From: a virus
DNA length: 64,000 nt
Strand: one strand, 5' to 3'
Virus record (IMG/VR): IMGVR_UViG_3300021961_008157
Part shown: one piece after another, positions 56,781 through 64,000 of the stretch
Position numbering within the stretch: position 1 is the first letter of the stretch
How the letters are laid out: every line of letters begins with the position of its first letter
Translations under genes and position numbers: made by a program
The notes under the pieces: model-generated
What the model was told of the DNA's origin: nothing
Database searches by the model: none
Seen by the model: the letters and a program-made list of their open reading frames with translations, nothing else

Positions 56781-56816
56781 AAAAAAGCAGTCAACATAAT
56801 AATTTATGCTGACTGC
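56781..56816 (-). terminator. intrinsic terminator ending the lysis cassette
   Basis: GCAGTCAGCATAA/TTATGTTGACTGC stem followed by TTTTTT. Confidence 0.7.
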
Positions 56817-56829
56817 GTCAGTGCAAATA

Positions 56830-57063
56830 CTATTTGACTATAGACATGATAGCCGATACACCAGCAATCAGTGCACTTTTGATATTGATATTGTCGGCTT
56901 CGTGATTCAACTGATCAGTGTTGATTAAATCTTGCAGTAGTTCATTACGCTCATCAGCAGAAATTTTACCTTGCGAAAATTTTTCTTGCAATTCGAGTGC
57001 AATTCGAGCACGCTCTTCAGCCCACGGTGCGCCGCAAGTTAATAAGTTTTTTAGTTCGTCCAT
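56830..57063 (-). CDS. hypothetical protein
   Basis: 77 aa, GGAG RBS. Confidence 0.65.
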   Translation of the reverse strand: MDELKNLLTCGAPWAEERARIALELQEKFSQGKISADERNELLQDLINTDQLNHEADNINIKSALIAGVSAIMSIVK

Positions 57064-57064
57064 A

Positions 57065-57463
57065 TTAATATCTCCATAACACCGAGTTAGCAGCTTTGTC
57101 TGCTTGCACTATAATAATCTTTTTCTTGATTTCGCAATAGTCTTGACTGGCTTGTCCTGTTTCTGTGCGCTTGAACCAATCGCCAACAGTTTGACGCAGC
57201 GGCTCTACCAAGCGTATAACATCGTTTTGTGAAGAGCCTTTGCTGGCACTATAAAGTAAAAACCATTGTATGTCGCTGTTTAAGCCAGCAGCGTGACCTT
57301 TTTGCATTTCCACTGTGGCGCATTGTATGTTGTGTGCACGTTGACGTATGTCAATGATTTTGGCACTTTGGTTGTCATCCCAAAAACTGGGCAACCATTG
57401 CTGTATGCTGGCACAGCCTCCTAGTGCAGTTGATGTTATTAAAATCAATAAAAGTTTTTTCAT
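57065..57463 (-). CDS. lipoprotein
   Basis: lipobox LGGC. Confidence 0.7.
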   Translation of the reverse strand: MKKLLLILITSTALGGCASIQQWLPSFWDDNQSAKIIDIRQRAHNIQCATVEMQKGHAAGLNSDIQWFLLYSASKGSSQNDVIRLVEPLRQTVGDWFKRTETGQASQDYCEIKKKIIIVQADKAANSVLWRY

Positions 57464-57882
57464 TTTGAGTTTTCCTGTGGTTTAGTTGGCTCGTAGTATT
57501 CTTTGTATTTGATAATAATTGTACGCTGCATGGCAATAAAGTTTCGCAGTTCAGCGGTGGTCAGGGACAATTGTTGATATTCATTGTCAGTGAGAGCAAA
57601 TAATACTAGATCCTGCTTTTTTTCTTCTAGCTTTTTAAATACTTCTTGAGCGTTTTCAGGTGTAATCACTATCCAACGAGTTGCCTTAACTTTTAACGGG
57701 TCCAGAGGAGGAATTGCCAATGGAGTTTTCTCTATGGGCTTGGTAATGATTTCAATGGGCTTAGGCGACGATGAATCACGCCAAAATGCACAACCAGACA
57801 AGGTACTAATTAGGAGTAGGCTTGTAATTAGGATTGGCCAAGGATGGGCATTCTTTGTTAATTTCAGTAGGTAGTTTAGCAT
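57460..57882 (-). CDS. o-spanin-like outer-membrane lipoprotein
   Basis: lipobox LSGC, Pro-rich, overlaps i-spanin 3' end. Confidence 0.7.
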   Translation of the reverse strand: MLNYLLKLTKNAHPWPILITSLLLISTLSGCAFWRDSSSPKPIEIITKPIEKTPLAIPPLDPLKVKATRWIVITPENAQEVFKKLEEKKQDLVLFALTDNEYQQLSLTTAELRNFIAMQRTIIIKYKEYYEPTKPQENSK

Positions 57883-58306
57883 GTTTTTCTCGGTCAGTTA
57901 ATGGTGCGCCCGACGCTATTTCAAAACACCGTGCAGCATTTTCACTGCCGGCATTTACCAGTTTTTCGACTAAACCTGGTTTGGCCGCTGCTGTTGTGCC
58001 AAAGTCGCGTTTGTCGCCATTGGCTTTGGTGTTGAATCGATCATTTAAACCGGCTATATCTTTGCTGTGCGACTTAACAGCGGCAGCTAATTCTTTATTA
58101 ATTTCATTAATTTTTGTTTGATTTTTTTGTATATCAGCAATGGTTTCTTTTTGCTTGTCAACGCTGTCAGCCAGCTGCTTGGCATTTGCTTGACTGGTAA
58201 CCAAGTCGGCTCGCAAGCCAGTAACATACCAAATGCCCCCGGCTATAATAGCCACTGTTAACAGCAATGCAACAGCGCGGATGACAGCGGCGTTAATGGG
58301 AAACAT
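57806..58306 (-). CDS. i-spanin-like protein
   Basis: N-terminal TM plus periplasmic coiled coil, directly after the endolysin. Confidence 0.7.
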   Translation of the reverse strand: MFPINAAVIRAVALLLTVAIIAGGIWYVTGLRADLVTSQANAKQLADSVDKQKETIADIQKNQTKINEINKELAAAVKSHSKDIAGLNDRFNTKANGDKRDFGTTAAAKPGLVEKLVNAGSENAARCFEIASGAPLTDREKHAKLPTEINKECPSLANPNYKPTPN

Positions 58307-58308
58307 GG

Positions 58309-58932
58309 TTATGCCTCAAATACTTCAAGAGCATGTTTATAATGTGCCATACGCTCATCTAGTCCAATGGTGCCACCATTGATGCGCCGTGTTAGTGTAG
58401 TAATATCATTGTCATCGGCGTAGCGATTTAACTTGTTGGTTTTCCAAAACCAACAGGCACTGGCTACTGCGCCTTCGGGTGTTTCGAGATAATCCGGAAC
58501 ATCATCTATATTCATTCCTGTGCTGTCAGCAAATGCTTGATAGTTGTTGCGTCCAGTTAGTTGTATAAGTCCCCGTCCACAATAGCGATAGCCGTCGCCT
58601 GACGCTTCGTCGCCGTTCCCCATTCGATTAGCATATACACGATTGGCAATGGCTTCTTGTTTGTTGGGCTTGTTGGCATATTCTTCTGCTATGCTGTCAT
58701 CGGGAAAATATTTGCCAAATACTTTTCTTAAACTGGTAGCACGATAGTTTAGGTTTTCTTTGAGTGCAGTAAATCCGGCACTTTCGTGGGCAGTTTGGGC
58801 AAGGAATGCGGCAACACGACCCGGCGTGTTAATTTCGTATTCTGGTAGCACCTTATTCAATGCAGTAGTCCACTCAGAAATGTTGGAATTTCTGGGAATA
58901 ATCTCCTGCAATTGTTCTTCAGTGATTTGCAT
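58309..58932 (-). CDS. GH19 endolysin
   Basis: AAFLAQTAHES, ENLNY, GRGLIQLTGRNNY, TRRINGG. Confidence 0.92.
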   Translation of the reverse strand: MQITEEQLQEIIPRNSNISEWTTALNKVLPEYEINTPGRVAAFLAQTAHESAGFTALKENLNYRATSLRKVFGKYFPDDSIAEEYANKPNKQEAIANRVYANRMGNGDEASGDGYRYCGRGLIQLTGRNNYQAFADSTGMNIDDVPDYLETPEGAVASACWFWKTNKLNRYADDNDITTLTRRINGGTIGLDERMAHYKHALEVFEA

Positions 58933-58996
58933 TAATATACCTCTTTAAGGTATTTAGTTTGATCTCGCACTACAAATTTTATTAAAATTTGATACC

Positions 58997-60286
58997 TTAA
59001 TACCTATAAGTTTCGGCTTTATAAGGACCATTAACATTAACGCTAATATAGTCTGCTTGCTCTTCGGTTAAAGTTGTTAGTACAGCACCAATTTGTTTAA
59101 GATGCAATCGTGCTACTTTTTCGTCTAGCTTTTTAGGTAGTAGATACAACTTGCCTTTTTCGTATGCAGTAGGATTAGTAAACAATTCGATTTGTGCAAG
59201 AACTTGATTGGTAAAACTGTTACTCATAACAAAACTGGGATGCCCTGTAGCACAACCTAAGTTTACTAAACGTCCTTTTGCTAACAAAATAATACGCTTG
59301 CCGTCCGGCCAAATAACATGATCAACTTGAGGTTTAATTTCTTCCCATTGCAAATCTGCTAAGTCAGCAACAGTGATTTCTGTGTCAAAGTGACCAATGT
59401 TACACACAATTGCTTGATGTTTCATTGCATCCATATGCTTCCGTGTAATCACATCTTTATTACCTGTAGCTGTTACAAATATATCTGCTTTATCAGCAGC
59501 ATATTCCATTGTTACAACACGATAACCTTCCATTGCAGCTTGTAGTGCTGTAATAGGATCTATCTCAGTAACCCAAACTTGTGCAGACAGCGCTCTTAGG
59601 GCGGCAGCACTACCTTTACCTACATCACCAAATCCACACACAACCGCAGTTTTTCCAGCGATCATAACATCAGTTGCACGTTTAATACCATCTACTAAAC
59701 TTTCTCTACAACCATATAAGTTGTCAAACTTACTTTTAGTAACAGAGTCATTAACATTAAACGCACGGAACGGAAATGTATTAGCTTCAATACGTTTTAA
59801 AATAGCATGTATGCCCGTCGTTGTTTCTTCACTTAATCCAATAATACCGCCAACAAGCTCGGGATGATGATCAATGATATAGCCAGTTAAGTCGTGCCCA
59901 TCATCAAGAATCATATTAGGAATCCACCCACTGGGCCCAGTTACAGTTTGTTCAATGCACCACCAATATTCTTCTTCTGTTTCACCTTTCCATGCAAACA
60001 CAGGAATACCCATGTCAGCTATCGCAGCGGCAGCTTGATCTTGCGTAGAGAATATGTTACAACTACTCCAGCGTACACTGGCACCAAGTTCCACTAATGT
60101 TTTAATTAATACAGCGGTTTGAATAGTCATGTGCAAACTACCAACAATTCGAGCACCACTTAGTGGTTGTGCGTTTTTGTATTCAGCTTTAATGGCCATA
60201 AGACCTGGCATTTCGTTTTCGGCAATGGCTATTTCTTTATGCCCCCATGATGCTAGATCGATGTTGGCAATTTTGTAATCATTCAT
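58997..60286 (-). CDS. ahcY: S-adenosylhomocysteine hydrolase
   Basis: [39 protein letters not shown]. Confidence 0.97.
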   Translation of the reverse strand: MNDYKIANIDLASWGHKEIAIAENEMPGLMAIKAEYKNAQPLSGARIVGSLHMTIQTAVLIKTLVELGASVRWSSCNIFSTQDQAAAAIADMGIPVFAWKGETEEEYWWCIEQTVTGPSGWIPNMILDDGHDLTGYIIDHHPELVGGIIGLSEETTTGIHAILKRIEANTFPFRAFNVNDSVTKSKFDNLYGCRESLVDGIKRATDVMIAGKTAVVCGFGDVGKGSAAALRALSAQVWVTEIDPITALQAAMEGYRVVTMEYAADKADIFVTATGNKDVITRKHMDAMKHQAIVCNIGHFDTEITVADLADLQWEEIKPQVDHVIWPDGKRIILLAKGRLVNLGCATGHPSFVMSNSFTNQVLAQIELFTNPTAYEKGKLYLLPKKLDEKVARLHLKQIGAVLTTLTEEQADYISVNVNGPYKAETYRY

Positions 60287-60288
60287 TT

Positions 60289-60456
60289 TTATCTTCCTCG
60301 GGCAGTTGATCTTGTAGTGGGTTTATTAGTAGTCACTTGAGATTTGCCTTTGCCTTTTTCCTGCTGTATCTTGGCCGCAGTTTCGGGCGTGATTTTATTT
60401 TTAAGAGCTTGCGCTGCTTTAATTGCTTCTAAAAAACTCTGTTTCTTTTCGGTCAT
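60289..60456 (-). CDS. 55-aa basic hypothetical protein (not in ORF track)
   Basis: [13 protein letters not shown]...RSTARGR* with AGGAG RBS. Confidence 0.6.
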   Translation of the reverse strand: MTEKKQSFLEAIKAAQALKNKITPETAAKIQQEKGKGKSQVTTNKPTTRSTARGR

Positions 60457-60467
60457 TTGATTCTCCT

Positions 60468-61577
60468 TTATTTGTTATTGTTTTTCAACATATTTTCTAA
60501 TAACAAATTCCAACTATGTTTGCCCATCATACCATAATAGTTTCCGTCTTTGCTATATATTTCAATATCTTTCTGAACATTTTCATTATTTTTTCTGTAG
60601 TATTCCCAGTAGTCACCGGTTCCTTGATTCAGTGAATATAGTGCCCGTATCCATTTGTGGATGCTTACATATGTGTTTTTTAATTGTTTGTTATATTGAT
60701 CAGGATTGTCCCCAACTTCTAAGAAGGTCTTAATACCAAGTTGCGCAGCAAAATTAGCGGTTGCATTTAAAGGCTCAATAAAACCTGCACTTAACCCTAC
60801 AAATATCACATTGTCTATCCAAGGCTGTTCTGGAATAAGAGTTTCAAACTTGATAATATTTTCATGTTTAATGCCAGTATGATTTTCAAATTGTGTTATG
60901 GCATCGTTGTCACTTAAAAATTTAGAAGAAAAAACATAGCCATGGCTCATTCTCGATTTAAGGCTAATACTCCACATCCACCCGCAAGGCATCATTTGTG
61001 ATTTAGTATACGGAACATATTTAGGAGGACCATTACCAATTACAGCTCTATCGTTAATTAAAAAATCACTAGGGATGTGTTTTATTCCAACTGTGTCTGA
61101 TAATACACTTTGTTGTCCAGTTGCATCAATATAAAATTCGTTTTTTCTATAATCTTGCTTGTGAAATTTTTGATTAATTTTTGTAAATGTATTAAAGGTG
61201 GAGCAATATTCTTCTAATAGATCACAAAATCCTGGAGCATCAATATGGCAAGCATAGCTTGTATCAAATGATGTTTTTAAATTTTGAGTCTCATTTGCAA
61301 AATAATACAGCCAGGTATCGCCATTCCATCCGCTGAAAAGTGTTCCGAGCTTTGGATATCCGTTTACACGATTTAAAAATTCTTGATAATCCATATCCAT
61401 TAAACGAGGAATGTCATTGATAATTGGCACAGTAGATTCGCCAATTTTTCTTACAATTACATCTGGATCTCTATATAAGGTTACTGTTTTTCCTGCTTTT
61501 AACAAATAAAGACAACATATCCAAGCAGCAGTGCCGCTGCCTAACACATTAATGTGATTTAAATTATAGTTTTTCAT
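60468..61577 (-). CDS. tryptophan halogenase-like flavoprotein
   Basis: GSGTAAW, IGESTVP, IDATG, WMWSI, GFIEPLNA. Confidence 0.8.
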   Translation of the reverse strand: MKNYNLNHINVLGSGTAAWICCLYLLKAGKTVTLYRDPDVIVRKIGESTVPIINDIPRLMDMDYQEFLNRVNGYPKLGTLFSGWNGDTWLYYFANETQNLKTSFDTSYACHIDAPGFCDLLEEYCSTFNTFTKINQKFHKQDYRKNEFYIDATGQQSVLSDTVGIKHIPSDFLINDRAVIGNGPPKYVPYTKSQMMPCGWMWSISLKSRMSHGYVFSSKFLSDNDAITQFENHTGIKHENIIKFETLIPEQPWIDNVIFVGLSAGFIEPLNATANFAAQLGIKTFLEVGDNPDQYNKQLKNTYVSIHKWIRALYSLNQGTGDYWEYYRKNNENVQKDIEIYSKDGNYYGMMGKHSWNLLLENMLKNNNK

Positions 61578-62005
61578 TGGTCGGTTGATTTAATATATTT
61601 TGAAACTACTTCTGCCAATACTTCGTGCGTATCATCAAACCACTTGCTCACATGATAGTTGTATTGTGTAAGAGGTTCAAACAATTGATTAGTATCTTCA
61701 AATCGGCTGGATTTGATAGTATCCATCCAAATAACATAATCAGGAGCAAATTCTGCACGAGCCTGTGCTGTGGGGCAAATAAAATCTGCCACCACAATAC
61801 GTCCTGCTTTCACTACGCCATCGGCTAGATACCGCATTCGTTGTGCTTGTCGTATCCGCCCTTCGGGTGTAAAATCCCAGTCATTGTATTCTTTTCGTAT
61901 TTGATCTGCGTTAAGCCATACTGCACCAATTAATCGCGCAAATGGTTCTGCTAGTGTAGTCTTGCCCGATCCCGGAAGTCCGCAAACGAGAATTTTTCTA
62001 ATCAT
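61574..62005 (-). CDS. cysC: adenylylsulfate kinase-like P-loop kinase
   Basis: GLPGSGKT, NADQIR, DFTPEGR, FICP. Confidence 0.7.
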   Translation of the reverse strand: MIRKILVCGLPGSGKTTLAEPFARLIGAVWLNADQIRKEYNDWDFTPEGRIRQAQRMRYLADGVVKAGRIVVADFICPTAQARAEFAPDYVIWMDTIKSSRFEDTNQLFEPLTQYNYHVSKWFDDTHEVLAEVVSKYIKSTDQ

Positions 62006-62654
62006 TTTTTAGACTTTCTAAAAATCTATCAGTTGCATTAGTTTTTACTCCGGTTATTTGTAAAGTAGCTCGTGGTGTATGACCTGCGTTAGCAGTACTA
62101 TGCGGAACATTTAACCAATCAAATGTGCTTACATCTCCAGCATGCCAATGACTCCACATGTAATTACCATAGTTCCAAAAATGGCCCATTTGCCAATCAG
62201 TTAATTGTATAAAGTATCTGACTACTTTAGTTGGATCTTCGGGCATCCATTTTTCTAACTTGTCTAAGTGTAAATTCCATACTTGTCCGGGATGTTGTAC
62301 ATGAATTCTAGTCATAGGCAATTCTAATGCAAACTGATCAGCAATGTCTTGAAACACACGTGGAACGTCATAGTTTAAATCAGTTACAATATAATCCTTA
62401 CTCATGCCATATGATTCTAAATCATATTCTTCTTGATCATACTCGTCTGAGGCACGCACTAAAGAATCGTTAGGCTTACCGCGAGTTCTCCAAGAGACAG
62501 GTTTGGCATTTGCTATTGCAGCTTCTAATTCATTGGTCCAGATTGGTTTAATATGTCCCAACGTTAAAACTGTATCCCATCTTGTGTCAATAACGGCTGG
62601 ATCAAAATGATATTTGCTGCGTGCCTTTGTTATTTCCCAATTACTTTTAGACAT
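61998..62654 (-). CDS. cupin/oxygenase-like protein
   Basis: HLD...PHSTANAG. Confidence 0.55.
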   Translation of the reverse strand: MSKSNWEITKARSKYHFDPAVIDTRWDTVLTLGHIKPIWTNELEAAIANAKPVSWRTRGKPNDSLVRASDEYDQEEYDLESYGMSKDYIVTDLNYDVPRVFQDIADQFALELPMTRIHVQHPGQVWNLHLDKLEKWMPEDPTKVVRYFIQLTDWQMGHFWNYGNYMWSHWHAGDVSTFDWLNVPHSTANAGHTPRATLQITGVKTNATDRFLESLKND

Positions 62655-64000
62655 AGTCTAATCCTCGATTTTTATTTTTTATACTTCTATAAATTATTAA
62701 TACTGTCACAACTACAGTTGTCATGAACAATGGGCGCACAATCAACTGATCCCATGTATACAGTTGTAAAGTTTGTAAAATATAACCTTCAAGTCTTTCT
62801 GCGACCACATAAGTTACCAACAATGCTGGACGGCTAATGTCAAAGTATTTACACGCAATTCCCAACAAGCTAACAATACCAAGCATTGCATAATCTTGCC
62901 AACCACCTGTATATTGTGCATTTGCCCAAATAATAACTGCAAGAATTATAGCAGCATATATCCAATATGGTATTTCAAGAATCTTAACAATGTATCGCAT
63001 AAAGAAAATGCTAACCAGTCCCACAATTAAACTGCCGCCAACAAATCCTCCTGCCAGGCTCCAAATAAAGTTAGTGTCATTTAACAGCGTTGGTGTTCCC
63101 AACTCAATGCCAAAATAAATGCACAGAGCCATCATGATAGCAGCAAATGGTGCTGCTGGAATACCAAACAACACAGTGGGCAACATGCTCGAAACCTTTT
63201 GTGCAGAATTTGCACCTTCACAGCCTAACAATCCTATAGGATTACCGTTGCCAAATTGTTTATCAGGATGTCGGGCCACAGTAGATCCATAGGCCAAAAA
63301 GTCACCAATGGCACCACCAACGCCCGGCAGTAATCCAGTAACAAATCCTATTACACCTCCACGAACCATATCCCATCGATATGTAATACAGTCATTCATG
63401 CCTTGGCGAAGTTGTTGCCAATAATTGTCAAACACAGGGGGGCGATTGTGTCTTGTTTTTAATCCCCACAACAGTTCTGGAATTCCAAACAGTCCCGAAA
63501 TGAGCGCAATCATTTGTACGCCTGCACCCAAGTATTCCCACCCAAATGTAAATCTTGTTGCACCAGTGGCCGGATCTTGCCCAATGACTCCAATGAATAA
63601 TCCCAGGGCAATTGCCAGTACGCTTTTAAAAGGATTTTTGCTTGCAACAAATCCCACACAGGCTAAACTCATTAACATAAATCCAGCAAACTCGGGCATG
63701 CCAAACCAAAGTATAACCTTACCGTATATTGGTAATAATAAAAATGCCAGTGTGCCATAAAACACACCATTGAAGGTACTGTCAAAAATAGCAATGCCCA
63801 TTGCTCTACCTGCTTCACCGCGTTGCGTCATAGGATAACCATCAATGACGCAAGCAGCAGTAGTGCTTGCTCCGGGTATGCCAGTTAATATGCTGGTGTA
63901 ACTATCGGCCGCTGCACAAGCAGCGGTGATGCTGGTTAGAAAAACAATACCAGCATAAGGATCGCTAAGAAAATATGGAGCAAGACCAAAAACAGTAATC
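62647..64000 (-). CDS. tctA: tripartite tricarboxylate transporter TctA (5' end beyond window)
   Basis: frame stays open to the window edge; GIPGA, DGYPM, GLLPGVG, EGANSA, GIP. Confidence 0.88.
   Translation of the reverse strand, partial: ITVFGLAPYFLSDPYAGIVFLTSITAACAAADSYTSILTGIPGASTTAACVIDGYPMTQRGEAGRAMGIAIFDSTFNGVFYGTLAFLLLPIYGKVILWFGMPEFAGFMLMSLACVGFVASKNPFKSVLAIALGLFIGVIGQDPATGATRFTFGWEYLGAGVQMIALISGLFGIPELLWGLKTRHNRPPVFDNYWQQLRQGMNDCITYRWDMVRGGVIGFVTGLLPGVGGAIGDFLAYGSTVARHPDKQFGNGNPIGLLGCEGANSAQKVSSMLPTVLFGIPAAPFAAIMMALCIYFGIELGTPTLLNDTNFIWSLAGGFVGGSLIVGLVSIFFMRYIVKILEIPYWIYAAIILAVIIWANAQYTGGWQDYAMLGIVSLLGIACKYFDISRPALLVTYVVAERLEGYILQTLQLYTWDQLIVRPLFMTTVVVTVLIIYRSIKNKNRGLDYV

Noticed and set aside
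263-63760. Many ORF-track entries antisense to or nested in longer genes (e.g. 25034-25600, 32484-32957, 54998-55516)
   Set aside because: Shadow frames of well-supported genes, with no motifs or RBS.
1-64000. Cellular (bacterial) origin because of ahcY, clpA, dnaJ, galE and tctA
   Set aside because: These are interleaved with a phage-type polymerase, clamp, endolysin, spanins and late-promoter-like boxes; no ribosomal or other core cellular genes.

Overview
This window looks like part of a large T4-like or jumbo dsDNA phage of a Gram-negative host. Genes are densely packed, almost all on the minus strand, with no cellular core genes. From left to right it holds: (1) accessory genes and a tRNA/ncRNA cluster with 6 tRNAs, a hammerhead ribozyme, boxA and several unclassified structured RNAs; (2) envelope accessory genes; (3) an RNase H-like nuclease and a 7-deazaguanine DNA-modification cluster (queE, queD, folE, dpdL-like, dpdA-like) interleaved with sugar-modifying genes; (4) sliding clamp and family B DNA polymerase; (5) a block of modular, probably virion-packaged polyproteins built from small domains joined by [QEHA]GV[AD]E linkers that are also conserved at the DNA level; (6) ClpA and DnaJ, a lysis cassette (GH19 endolysin, spanins) and metabolic genes (ahcY, cysC-like, halogenase-like, tctA). 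The most striking observations are the linker-delimited polyprotein cassette system, a hammerhead ribozyme just 3' of a tRNA, a preQ1-I-like aptamer upstream of queD, and short direct-repeat scars flanking inserted genes. All calls come from reading motifs by eye; no database searches were run.
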